Part shown: positions 11,616 to 24,155 of the stretch, one piece after another | How the letters are laid out: the number at the start of each line of letters is the position of its first letter | How positions within the stretch are numbered: position 1 is the stretch's first letter | Assembly (NCBI RefSeq): GCF_006345805.1 | Contig: NC_042997.1 | Span: 186,868,001-186,932,000, forward strand | Length of the DNA stretch: 64,000 nt | DNA from: Octopus sinensis | Lineage: Eukaryota | Direction of reading: 5' to 3' | Position numbers and translations under genes: made by a program | The notes under the pieces: model-generated | Database searches by the model: none | Told to the model about the DNA's origin: nothing | The model's input: only the letters and a program-made list of their open reading frames with translations

Positions 11616-13269
11616 TTCTACACTGTTCTTTTTCTTGAATTTACTTGGTAGTGTGTTTGTTAAGTTGACAACAGGGTCAAGGCGAGCTCTGACTGGCTGT
11701 ATGCAAATGTGTTCATTACTGGGGTTTAGAACTCTCGTGGGAAAAAAAAATGTTGCGGGGGAGGGGGCAGGGTTATAGTAGAAGATACTAAGGCAAAGTG
11801 CCACACAGTGGAGCTGAATCTAGAACCAGGATTTTAGGAAACAAGCTTCTTATCACACAGCCACATTTGTACGTATCTTTATAATGGCAAAATTATTCTA
11901 ATAAACTCTTTATTTTCCAAATTAATTGAACAACAGAAATTGTTAACAGAGGGATTAATTGATCACCAATAGCTGCATTTTTTCAACATATAATTGTTAT
12001 GGCTAATTCTTTCTATTCCCTTCGGACACTAATTCTTTTGATCTCATCAACAACAGATGGCCAGTCCAGCCAGCCACCTACATTCATTTGGTTAGAATGT
12101 ACATAAATCTTTCACTGTAAGTGATCGTAGCGTAGCCCACGGGTTAGTAGATAACTCTAGTCACAGCTGTTACTCCCATGAGTTCTCATAATTTGCAGCC
12201 TCCCGCCACCCATTAGAGCTAAAGGGTCTATTTAGAATTAACTGTCACTTGGCGTCCAACAAAAATAATTACGCTGGCTTTTTAAGGTCAAGGGTGAAAA
12301 TAAGGATACTTTGAGAGATTTCAGCCTTCAATAAAGAGCTTTCCTCTTTCAAACGTCCCTGTCGACCCACAAAGATAAGGACAGACAGCAACAAAGTCTT
12401 TTCAGAGCACTAGGGTAACAACGAGCTCATAGTTTGTTATTTCTAGCAATCCAACAGCTTCTATCAATTTTGAGAAGCGCCCTGCTATAATTTAATACTG
12501 TTCAGGACCCCTACCTAGAACGAGGATGATGACAACGGTACCAACGACCACCGACCGCTTAGATGTGATAAAAAAATAAATAAACAAATACCAAATAATG
12601 TTTTCTAATTTCGTTTTTGTTTTTGGTTGGCAAGATAAAAAATTCCTATCAGAGATAGTTAATTGAAATATTTTGTTGCCAGTTGACTTTTCGTATTTTC
12701 TCTCACTCATTAGGGGTGAAAAAATTCCTAATACATGCTTAAAGAAGTTTTATTTTGTTTTTACTCACAATTTTCTGTTAGATATTATAATCAATTGCTA
12801 GATTAGAACCACGAAGTTCGGTAAATTTGCTTTAGAATTTTTATCGATTTGACATATTGTAACAGATTTTTTAATGAAATGAGCGTGTTCACGCAGTTAT
12901 TTTAATGATATTAAATAATGTAATTTTAATGATATTATTTACCAGTAAAGGGCTTAGAGTTAATATTCAGGTTTTTCCTAGTATTCTTTCTGGATTTGGG
13001 CATTTTAGTCTCAGCTTCAATTCCACCACTGCAGGATAATTGCTGAAGTTGATGAAATTTTATAATTCACAATTTTTTATTTTACAATGGATTAATTTAC
13101 AAAATAAATCGCTCGCCGTTTAAAGGTGATGAGACAATAACTTATACATTGCCGCTTGCTTTACCAATCCCTCGATTTTCGGTGTTTATGCATACAATTG
13201 TCTATAGGTCGATAAATACCCAGAACCAAATTTACTGTATTGACCTGTCCATTGCGCGTACGTAATTGC

Positions 13270-13855
13270 GTGTGTGTGTATATATATAGTTAATCCAAAA
13301 ATGAAAACACAAAGAGAAAACACAACAACGCGAGGACGTGGAACAAATATAGTGTTATTGGATGCTAAGGAAAGAAGGAGGGTTTAACGTTTCGAGCGGA
13401 GCTCTTCGTCAAAAACATAGGAAAAGGAAAGATCCAAAGAAGGGAAGACGGAGGAAAAGAAATCGCCTAAGGTACACACGCGCTCACAACAGGTGACTTG
13501 ATCTGAGATCGTGTACTAAAACAAAACAATTGCGACGTGGAAAATGTTTGTAAGCCATTTAAGAATATTCAAGAATACGCAAAAACCGTTACTTTCACTT
13601 CAACATTTAAATTTAATTTGTATCAAAATATTTTCGTCGCTTTGAAACCACGATCTGTTAACTAACAAAACTTCGAGTAGATCGAGAATCTAAACTGCTC
13701 GATGAACGGGAACGTGAAACTCTGAGTACCAGATTTTTGTGATGTTTTCGCAGCTTTAATAATAATAAAGCATATTACTCTACATCTGGTATTCGAGTAC
13801 TATTTTTGCCCTACCTTGTTTCATATTTATATGGTTACTTTGGTGTATATATATA
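13270..13855. mobile_element. Stack of Penelope pLTR-like modules with degenerate hammerheads
   Basis: Minus-strand gttt-TTGACGA-agagctccgctc-GAAA-cg-TT-aaac at 13382-13416; plus-strand ctcgatga-acg(ggaa)cgt-GAAA-ctctgag-TA at 13698-13728; 3' arm is the reverse complement of 17835-17910. Confidence 0.6.
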
Positions 13856-14665
13856 TAACTTTGAAATGGATGCGTCAGGTTGAATTAAATAATAAATAAT
13901 GTCATAAAACGGTGCAAATAACAGGAAATACGTAAACAATGAGAAAAAAATGGAAAGCAGTACAAGTAAAAACAGAGAAAGGACCCTCCATCAGTTGTCG
14001 GCTGTCTATCTACTCCACATTTCGAGCATGTACATACACACACACACACACAATAATACACACCCTCATACAATGGTTGTCCATTTGTGACCGAGGCAGA
14101 CTATCACTGTCCATCAAGAACACTGTGCACTCATATCTGTACTTTGTACTTTTTGCTTCGCTGCTGACTAATGAGTCAAGCATATGATAAACATACATGC
14201 CCACAGATATTGCAGACCAAGCCTTTCGCCATTTACTGGTGGTGCGTTTTCAAGGGCTCGCTTAAATTTTACATATAAATTTTGCTTACGTACATACAAA
14301 CATATATTTCTTCGTACCTATTATTATTGGAGCAATAGGATATATACTAACCCGTCTGGAGCAAAGTATGGTCGAACTTGGGATCTTGGGAAGAGAATGC
14401 AAATCTTGAATTCATGTGTTACTAATGGTCACACAATATCTGGAACTGTAAAAATCTGCAAGACCTTCTTTGATGATGGTTAAAAGATGCTTTCCTTTAC
14501 AACCTTGCTACCAAGTAGGTAGTCGGTCAAAATTTCCTCTAAAATTGAAAAAGAGAAAGAGAAGGTACACACATACATGCCAAATATACATCTACATGCC
14601 TTTATTTGTTTAAAACAATGCGACTTATACACAAATAAATATGGAGTGTATGTATGTGTGCATAC

Positions 14666-14828
14666 CACTAGCGTAGCTAGTGTGTGTGCGGCTCGGGGCA
14701 GTCCTTCATTTTGCCCAGGGGTCCCATGAAAATATATATGGCCTACAGTAGACCCAAAGTGGTGTTGTTCCCATAAAAGTGCCACCCGGGTGGGACAGCA
14801 CCTTCCGTCCCCTTTAGCTATGGTAATG
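14666..14828. mobile_element. hAT-type MITE
   Basis: Imperfect TIRs cactagcgtagctag / ttagctatggtaatg; 8-bp TSD gtgcatac / gtgtatat. Confidence 0.65.
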
Positions 14829-16259
14829 GTGTATATACACGCACATACTTACCTGAGGTCCAGGTAGGATAGAAAGATAGAGTATTTCCAATGCAGCACT
14901 CTAGGCCCTCGGCACTGTTGGATTCCAGACAAATACCAAAATTCTTCACGTGTAGAAAATCTTGATTTTACGAAGATGAATCCATTATATGGGTTTAGCG
15001 AAGAGTAAAATATAATCCAAATAAGACAAGAAAATGTTTTAACCTGTCTCAGCTTAATTGAATTTAATCTTTAACCATAATTTTAAAAAATTATTTAAAA
15101 ATTTAATTTTCGATATAAAATAACAATTTTCAAAAAATTTTTGTTCACGACCATTATTGAAGAAGGAAAATTGAGATTATGAGACTTAATTCCGTTCTCT
15201 AGAAATTAAAATTGAGTTCAGATTGACATGGACTTTTACCTCTCAGTAAAGATGTGGAAATATTTACTATTCTTTGACGAACAACAGCTTGATAAGATAT
15301 TTAAGTTTTTTTTTATTCTACATGTTTGTTTGTATTTTACTTATTAACGCCACCCATGTCGAAGAACTAGATATAAGATACTTCTTCGTTTCGGAGATAC
15401 ATGAAAATGAAGAAGGTATGTTACTTCGTCAAAATAAGTGTTTTCTGGAACAAGAACCAAGTTTTTGTTTTTCCTTTACAAAAAGGAACTAAGGAAAGAA
15501 AGTGACATTGCGGTTATTAGAGGGCCACCTAGATATTATATGGTATCCAACCTGACGTTCTTGTTCCAATAAATACTTAGTGATCACGTTCATAATATAT
15601 GAGAACAAATATCTACCCAAGTGTATCGAATATTAATACAAGTAAGATTAATTTTGACCTGAATCGAATTCTCTATAGCCGAAAACGTGGGATCACGTAA
15701 AAAAAAATCAATATATAAACATTTTCCTGAACGTTATGAGGGAAAAATCGGATCTTGTGAATTTTCCGAAAGTCCTCACCACTGCCCCAGGTTCATTTGC
15801 GCAAATTTCTTTTTCATATTCGTTTTCTACACAATTGTTAATACACAGCTGGCTGTTTTTTATTTATTGTTTTCGTTAACGGGTGGGGATTTTTATATTG
15901 ACCCTTTTGGTGAAGATTCAAAGCTCACGGAAGAACCCATATCTTGCAGGTGGATACATTTATGACAAGAAAGTGTCATTGGCAATGAAAACAATTTGAG
16001 TATGATTCTAAACATTAGTACATTTTAAATTTCATTTCCTTAACTCAATTTAATTAAATTGTAATTCATTGCTTCCCTTCTCTCATCTACATTTCCTTAT
16101 TGGCTTTATTGCTTGTCCCTTCTCTCAAATCGGCATTTAATTTTGCTTGTAGATCGAGCCGTCATGTTCATGATTTGAAAGCGATTTTCAATTTTGTTCG
16201 TATCGGCTTTTAATTTTTGCTAGTAGCTTGGGACATAATGTTTTGTTTTGAAATCCTAC

Positions 16260-16284
16260 CTCGGTTTTCATTTCCGTCAGCCAT
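16260..16284 (-). CDS. Candidate first coding exon (MADGNENR + phase-1 G) of an unidentified minus-strand gene
   Basis: aagATGGCTGACGGAAATGAAAACCGAG|gtagga: YY1/Kozak-like start context and donor site at the edge of the CpG-retaining region; no convincing downstream exon chain found. Confidence 0.3.
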
Positions 16285-16358
16285 CTTACTTCTTTTCGGC
16301 TACCATTATAAATAAGCTTGCTTAGCCAACATGTGCTTCGTTACGGATTTACTCATAA

Positions 16359-16570
16359 GGCGGCGAGCTGGCAGAAACGTTAGCACGCCGGGCGAAATGC
16401 CGTTACGTTGTGAGTTCAAATTCCGCCAAGGTCAACTTTGCCTTTCATCCTTTCGGGGTCGATAAATTAAGTACCAGTTACGCACTGGGTTCGATATAAT
16501 TGACTTAATCCGTTTGTCTGTCCTTGTTTGTCCTCTCTGTGCTTAGCCCCTTGTGGGTAGTAAAGAAATA
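16359..16570 (+). mobile_element. SINE family B
   Basis: ggcggcgagctggcagaaacgttagcacgccgggcgaaatg...ccccttgtgggtagtaaagaaatag; CpGs retained. Confidence 0.9.
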
Positions 16571-17507
16571 GCTAAAGGGGATTTAAATGCTATTTATATG
16601 CATATATGTATATGTGTATTTACATACACACACATACTATGTTGTAACCACAGCACTTGCTAAATTGTTATAGTAACCCTTACTTTTGTTTAAAGGCATT
16701 TGTGCTCGGAGTTAGTTGCTTTAATAATATTTGTTTGCATACTTATAGAAATATATAAAAAAACACACATATATATGTAAGGAATAGGCACAAATGATAA
16801 AAACATGTAATGGACAGTGCAGATAAAAAAAAAAATAATGAATGAAAATTTATCATTCACCAGCTCCTTTACTAAGGATTCTGCCAGTTTTGACACTTTG
16901 AGACAGAACTGCATCTCAATATCATTTACTGTTAGCTACTGAATATGGCTGTCAGGCAATTTATACAGAGAAGACAGGATATACAGACAGGAAACAAAAA
17001 GAGCACATAGTGGAATCTTAGCAACTAGGTCAAAGAAAACGCAAGAACAAGGAAAAGATGTATTAAGACTAATAACTATGATAAAGAAATCTATTTAAGG
17101 TGAAATAAATTTTTGTTTTTGATAAAAATAAAGCATTAAGTTACAATGAAAATAGAGCAGGACAAAGCAACACAACAATAGTGCAACGAGTACAACACTA
17201 AAGTACAGAAAGGACATGATAAAAGCTTGGTCTGTATCCTTAAGCGAATAACAGAAAGTAGAAAGATATGTAAGTTCACTAGATGAATTGAAAGATAAAA
17301 GAGAAACTTGTGGCCAAAATGGAAGTAAGAAGAGTAGATATGCATTTAGATTTTGAGATAACATATTGAAGAAAGTATGAGAGAGAAAAGAAAATAGAGG
17401 AGAAAGGAACAAAAGGACAAAGAAAAGAGGGGCACTACAGCAAGAAGAACAAACAGTGAGAAAGTTATATATACATGTGTGTATGTATATGTATATATAT
17501 ATATGTT

Positions 17508-17810
17508 GAGGCGCATTGGCCCAGTTGTTAGGGCAGCGGACTCGTGGTCATAGGATCGCAGTTTTGATTCCCAGACTGGGCGTTGTGAGTGTTTATTGAG
17601 CGAAAACACCTAAAGATCCATGAGGTTCTGGCAGGGGGTGGTGGCGATCCCTGCTGTACTCTTTCACCACAACTTTCTCTCACACTTTCTTCTGTTAGCC
17701 TGCTCGCTTAGCCAGTGGGGTGGTGTCATTTGAAGGCTAAAACAATGCGAAGCGCATTGTGACCAGCATTGTGTAGCAACATCTGATAGCCTGGTCGGTC
17801 ACGGTGATAT
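17508..17810 (+). mobile_element. tRNA-derived SINE family C
   Basis: gaggcgcattggcccagttgttagggcagcggactcg...ttgattcccagac (A/B-box-like head), unique body, ends cggtcacggtg(at)n. Confidence 0.65.
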
Positions 17811-17821
17811 ATATATATATA

Positions 17822-18009
17822 TATTCATCTATACCGGAGTAAGCACAAAAATATGAAGCAAGGTGGAAAAAAAGAATATTCAAATACCAGAGGTAGAGTA
17901 ATATGTTTTATTTAAAAACAGCAGAAATATAGCTAAAGCTGTCTGATGAATGGGAATGTGAAACTCTGAGTAACAGCTTTTGTTATATTTCTGCTGCTTT
18001 TAAATAAAG

Positions 18010-18010
<1 letters not shown>
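17822..18010 (+). mobile_element. Palindromic Penelope pLTR-derived element in (TA)n
   Basis: 36-bp inverted arms (17907-17942 / 17973-18008, 3 differences) around a hammerhead core; same family as 13698-13855. Confidence 0.65.
17935..17980 (+). ncRNA. Minimal type I hammerhead ribozyme with intact catalytic core
   Basis: aaagctgt-CTGATGA-atg(ggaa)tgt-GAAA-ctctgag-TA-acagcttt: 8-bp perfect stem I, all conserved core nucleotides, GUA cleavage triplet; stem II is weak (A-U, U.G, G.U). Confidence 0.7.
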
Positions 18011-18044
<34 letters not shown>

Positions 18045-18099
18045 TAGTGGTACAACAAGGTACCAATATTTACTGGAAATAGCAGTTGATAATGTGGGC

Positions 18100-18960
18100 T
18101 GGTTACACCTCACGTTTGAATGTGCTTTTAACGTTCCACTGGCATGAGTGCCACTCAAGCAGTACTGTTGTCAGCCACATCAGCGATTTTGATCTTGATT
18201 TCACTTGCCTTAATAGGTCTTCACAAGCAAGGTTTATTGTCCAATGAATGAGGGGTATTCAGAAATGGGCTGGTTACACCACTGGCATAGGACACGGGTT
18301 ATGGTCTCACTTGGCTTGCCAGGTCTTCTCAAGTACAGCATATCTCCAAAGGTCCTGGTCACTAGTCATTGCCTCGGTAAGGCCCAATGTTTGAAGGTCA
18401 TGCTTCACCACCTCATCTCAGATCTTCCTGGGTCTACCTCTTCCACAGGTTCCCTCAACTGCTAGGATGTGACACTCTTTCTCACAGCTGTCCTCATTCA
18501 TTTGCAACATATGACCGTACCAGTGCAGTCGTCTCTCTTGCACACCACATCTGATGCTTCTTATGTCTAACTTTTCTCTTAGAGCACTTTACACTTTGTC
18601 GTGTATGCACACTGACATTACACATCCATCGGAGCATACTGGCTTCATTCCTTGTGAGCTTACGCATGTCCTCAGCAGTCATGGGTCATGTTTCAGTGCC
18701 ATATAGCATGGCTGTTCACATATGTGTCATGCAGTCTACCTTTTACTCTGAGCGAAAGGCCCTTTGTCACCAGCAGAGTTAGGAGCTCTCTGAACTTTGC
18801 CCAGGCTATTCTTATTCCAGCAGCTACACTTTCAGAGCACCCTCCCTCGCTACTGACTTTGTCACCTAGGTAATGGAAGCTATCAAATACTAGTTTTTCT
18901 CCCTGGAATGTGACAGAAATGCACATTTTCTGCACTTATAGCACCTGAGCATTTGCCACA
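18100..18960 (-). mobile_element. RTE-clade LINE, C-terminal ORF and 3'UTR, frameshifted
   Basis: FHYLGDKVSSEGGCSESVAAGIRIAWAKFRELLTLLVTKGLSLRVKGRL and MTAEDMRKLTRNEASMLRWMCNV, typical of the RTE RT C-terminal region. Confidence 0.9.
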
Positions 18961-19034
18961 TACAAAAACTATCTTCCCAATTAGTGTATATATATATATA
19001 TGTACATATAAATATTTACTTGTATATATATATG

Positions 19035-19065
<31 letters not shown>

Positions 19066-19260
19066 GTATCTATGTGTATAGTTACATGTGTATATATATA
19101 TATATATATATGATTGCTACTTCTAGCATGCCTAGCAACCATATAGACACCTTTGTATAATGTGATACGCATGTGTGTGTGTGTATGTATATATGTATAT
19201 ATATATATAATACATACATGTACATAAACACAAACATGCACACTCACATATATATCACAA

Positions 19261-19672
19261 AAGAGATCTAAGGAAGAATGTAACAATCGAGAAGGTGACT
19301 GACAATGACCTTTTGTGTGCACAGTCTGTGACAGACAATGCCTGTCTTTTGCTGGCCTGAAATTTCATCAGTGAATGCATGGAAAACAAACCTCTACCAA
19401 CTATTTTGCCTATATGTGTGTGCACACCAGTGTATGCAGTGTATACCAGAAGGTTTGCAAATCCAATGGAGGCCTCAAAAGACATTTTAAGATCCACAAA
19501 GAGCAGAACTTATCTGCAGCTCTTGGTGGTCTAAATCGGAGGTGCAATCTATGTGGGTGTCTTTTCAGAACATTGTCTGATTTGAAAAGCCATATCAGAT
19601 GCCATGATAGTGCTAAGCTGTAGGTACAGGAGGTGGTCAAACTCTGCATAAGGTGTAGACAACCACCATATA
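19261..19672 (+). mobile_element. LINE (probably RTE-type) 3' end encoding three C2H2 zinc fingers, pseudogenised
   Basis: One frame: PFVCTVCDRQCLSFAGLKFHQ*MH...CSVYQKVCKSNGGLKRHFKIH...CNLCGCLFRTLSDLKSHIRCH; TGA stops consistent with CGA decay; short 3'UTR ending in (TA)n. Confidence 0.7.
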
Positions 19673-19728
19673 TATATATATATGCACGCATGCATATATA
19701 TATATATATGCACATGCATATATTTACA

Positions 19729-19763
<35 letters not shown>

Positions 19764-19793
19764 ATATATATATATTTACATCTCTCTCTCTCT

Positions 19794-19859
<66 letters not shown>

Positions 19860-20295
19860 CATATTTACATGTCTATATATATATATGTATATTCATTAAT
19901 TACAGAGATATTTCTGGCCTCAGTGCACCAAAATGAAGACATTTGAAAGATACCCCCAAATATAATTTGCAGAACTTTATACATACTCTCTTTCGGGTCA
20001 GTGTTCTGTGTCTAGTTCTAGAAATTGTGTTTTGTAAGCAACAGACTACGCTGATGAGTTTTCAGATATTTACATTCGTAAATATTAACAAACGGAACCA
20101 TGGTACATAGGTAATCATTTTTATTTTGTATATTTTCATTTGTCTTATTCGTTTTTACATTCTGGCATTTGCTGAAATTTTCTTGAGAACATAATCTTCG
20201 TGGTAAGGAAATTTGACGTCTGTCTTTAGCATATTAGGAATCCACTTTGGTGGTCATTCCTGTTAATTTGTATTTATGTACTTGTATATATCTAC

Positions 20296-20331
<36 letters not shown>

Positions 20332-22029
20332 ACATATGTGTGTGTGTATGTGTGTGTTTGTATGTACATGTATGTATGTGTGTATATTATATATATGTAC
20401 ATGTATATATTTACATGTGTGTATATATATGTACAGGTATATATTTACATGTATATATGTATTTGTGTTTATGTACATGTATGTATGTGTATTATATATA
20501 TGTATATCTATACACACACATATGTGTATCACATTATACAAGTTGTCTACATGGTTGCTAGGCATGCTAGAAGTAGCAACCATATCTCCTCCAAGTCATA
20601 TGCTTTTTAAATAAGGAAGGAACACATTAATGTAGTACTAAATGTTCTTGAAAAGATGGTCTGGCCATGATTGAAATGCCTTTGATTCCCAGTCTGTTTG
20701 TACAACACGTACAAAGACTCAAAATTTTAGATCTTAATTTAGATTACTTTTACGTATTAATTAAAAATAAAATAAAATAAAATAAAATTAAACCATAACA
20801 ACAAGTAATAACAAGAAGAAGAAACTAAATTTTAAAATGTACAACTAAATACTGATATCTCCATGGCAACTATTGAACATAAAAGCAAGCCATTCTACGT
20901 CTTAATGACTTGTGACTGCCAGGTCAGTGGATTAACCAGATCAAACAGAACTAAATCTTAACTTCACAAATAAAATGTACCAGTGCAACTTTTCTGATTT
21001 GTGAATGAAACTACAATACAAAAATCTACACTACAAACATCTATTTACATTTCACCTTAATTCTTTGTTGTTGTTGTTGTTATCATACATTGTAATAAAA
21101 GGGAAATATAAATTATTTTCTAGTATTTGAGAGACCAACAGAACAAACAAGAAACAAAAGAAATACTAAAACGGAAAGAACCTTTCAATGATTTTATTCA
21201 AGTGATAAAAAATATCACATGAATTTAGCTGCATTTCATGTTTGGAGAGTGAAATATTTTCTTTCCTATCATTTGTCTTTCATCTCTTTTTTTATTTTAT
21301 TTATTTATTCAGCTCTTTTTATTTTTATTTATTTAGTCATTCATTTTTATTTGTTTATTATTAATACATTGCTTTTACAAATTTATACATATTTATCACT
21401 GAGGCAGGTACAATGTAAAAGATTTATGCAGACTTTAGTGTAGTGATAGCAGATATAATACAGGAAGCATGATGAGGTGAAAAATGAAAAAAAAAAAAAA
21501 AAAAAAATATCATTTACGACTAACATTATTTGGAAATTTTCTGGCGATTACAGGAGGCTAATGTTATTCAATAACTAATCTCAACTGATAACTTTTCCAT
21601 AGCTTTTTAATGCTCTCTTCATTAAATGTGAAGGTGTGTGGCACAGTGGTTAAAGTACTGGGGGTCACATCTTAAGTTTGATTCATGGACCAGGGTGTGT
21701 GTCATGTCTTTGAGCAAGGCATTTCATGTTTGCTACAGTTTATTTAACTGAAATAAATGCCAGCTCAGTGTTGATGCAACCCTCTATCCCTCCAGAAGTT
21801 ACATCCTAGAATCAGGCAAGGGCAACCTTTTCCAAGAGGCAACTCTTTAGATTCTGAGTTCAAATCCCTGTGAAGTTAACTTTTCCTTTCTTTGTTCCAG
21901 AGTTGATGAAAATAAAGTGCTGCTTAAGTGCTGGGATTGATTTAATTGTTTAAACACACCCATCAAATTTCTAGTCTCGTGCTTTTGTAAAAAAAATTTT
22001 TATCATTATCAGAGAATTTGATGGATGAC

Positions 22030-22260
22030 TGTGGAAGAAATAATTAGGGTGAATAGATCTGCTCTGAGCATGCACCTGTACAGTGAAGACCTGCTGCTGG
22101 GTGAGGGCTCATGCTTCTGGTAGTCAGAGTAATCCTGGATCTGTAGGGTTCCTTGAGTGGCCTTAGTTGGCGGTTCTGTCTGGAGGACTGCATCATTCAT
22201 ATGTTCACATATACTGTATACCACATTGCAGTGGTGATTTGAAACTGAATCCCTGGATAT
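22030..22260 (-). mobile_element. Possible Penelope GIY-YIG endonuclease relic
   Basis: CNVVYSICEH... then shifted frame RQLRPLKEPYRS, loosely resembling the NVVY.I.C / QLxTRLKEH motifs; heavily decayed. Confidence 0.35.
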
Positions 22261-22589
22261 GCGATCAGACATCATAAGCAAACCACCATAGTTCTACATG
22301 ATCAGTTTATTAACCAACCAATCAACATAAGGTGATGGCTTGGACAGGGTTTACTCAAGCATTCTAGAATTTGGCTTCTGGTCCATTATAAAAACTGTTT
22401 GGTATGCAGTTTAGAGGTATATGGTCTAGGACAGATGATCAGGAAGTTCTGTCACCACGAAGATAGTACAGCTGTTACATCTTACAGCTTTTATGGTGTT
22501 CAGAGAGGACTGAGCAGCAGTCATGACGTTGGCATTTTGACCCTTGACACAAATCAGATGGCTTCCAGTCCTCCATGTCAGCTATCTTT

Positions 22590-22807
22590 TTCTTGCCATT
22601 GCCAGCCTCTCCTGGCACCTGTGCCGGTGGCATGTAAAAAGCACCCACTACACTCACGGAGTGGTTGGCGTTAGGAAGGGCATCCAGCTGTAGAAACACT
22701 GCCAGATCAGACTGGAGCCTGGTGTAGCCTCCATGGCTTACCAGATCCCAGGTCGAACCATCCAACCTATGCTAGCATGGAGAACGGACGTTAAACGATG
22801 ATGATGA
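22590..22807 (+). mobile_element. RTE LINE 3'UTR fragment
   Basis: Family sequence ending ggacgttaaacgatgatgatg. Confidence 0.75.
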
Positions 22808-23479
22808 ATTTTAATCTCTATGCTCTCCAATACTGTTGACTGTTTACTAATGCATCAAGCTGTTCCCCCCAAAAAAGAAGACATAAAAATTGCCAAACTT
22901 AGCCCAAACACCGTATATATGAACATTTCAATAGTATTTTCTTTGTCTTTTAAAGCCAAGGTCTTGGAACATAGGGACGCATTAAGTTTTCAATGACCAG
23001 AAACCTTAATGTGGCTCAGATTCGCATTTGCATAAACATTACTGACAAGAGTGTAAATGTTACAATATTCCATTTATCTCTGAAGCTTTATGCTTATATA
23101 AGAAGCTGTTAATGTCAAGGCTGCCTTGTTATATGCGAGTGAATGTGTCGCTACTTAGAAAAGACAACATTTCTCAGACAAGGCATAAAATGTGACATTT
23201 ATTTTGCCAATATCAGTAAAGATTGAACTCCATATTTGTGCAACGATATCTGTCTGTCTCTCTCTCTTTCACACGCACACATGTAATATTGGTTAATTGA
23301 AACTGAAAATCCACAATCGTTACTTATGTTTCACCTTTCAGATCTTCAGGCAATATATATGTATGTATATATGTATGCATGCATGCATATTGCTAAATAC
23401 CAAGAAAATGTTCAAAATCCAGCTACAAATCTGATTAGCTGTTAGATTCATAGAGTTAAACAACACACTCATACATATA

Positions 23480-23672
23480 TTTCTTTATTGCCCACAAGGG
23501 GCTAAACATAGAGGGGGACAAACAAGGACAGACAAAGGGATTAAGTCGATTACATCGACCCCCAGTGCGAAACTGGTACTTTATTTATCAACCTTGAAAG
23601 GATGAAAGGCAAAGTCGACCTCGGCGGAATTTGAACTCAGAACATAACGACAGACGAAATACAGCTACGCAT
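23480..23672 (-). mobile_element. SINE family B, 5'-truncated
   Basis: atttctttattgcccacaagggg...gacgaaatacagctacgcatt. Confidence 0.85.
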
Positions 23673-23907
23673 TCAACACACACATATATAACATACTCTT
23701 CTCCTTGTTCCCTCTCAGCCTGATTATATAATTTCACATTGATTTCATGGCCTTCCCTTTGCAATGGCAAGGGAATGAGGTTTTTTGAAATTCATGCCTT
23801 TCTTGGGAACATCTGAGGTAAAAGTGTAAGAAAAGCGGCTACAACCAAGAATCAAACTAAATAATTAATTGAATAAAACTTAACTCTTTCCCATACTGTG
23901 TTGCTTA

Positions 23908-24155
23908 TCTAGATTTGTTTTTAGTAAAATTTCTCCATATATATATAAACATTTTGTTTTTGTCATTTAAATGGACAATAAAAAAATGAGATATTTTTCT
24001 TGTCTCAAGAATTCTAATACAAACATACCCCAACTTCTAGATTTGTTTTTAGTAAAATTTCTCCTTATATGAACATTTTGTTATTTAAATGGACAATAAA
24101 AAAAAAATTAGATATCTTTCGTCTCAAGAATTCTAATACAATCATACCCCAACTT
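23908..24155. repeat. Head-to-tail tandem duplication (128 + 120 bp)
   Basis: tctagatttgtttttagtaaaatttctcc...cataccccaactt at 23908-24035 and 24036-24155. Confidence 0.9.

Larger units (their letters stand above)
12100..16400. promoter_or_regulatory. CpG-retaining region, putative unmethylated promoter domain
   Basis: CG dinucleotides are visibly more frequent in unique sequence here than in the flanks (judged by eye, not counted); YY1-like gccatctt at 16280-16287. Confidence 0.4.

Noticed and set aside
14845-14950. U1 snRNA gene (starts ATACTTACCTG)
   Set aside because: Only the first 11 nt match; no GATCACGAAG loop, stem-loops or Sm site. Better read as a minus-strand splice donor or chance.
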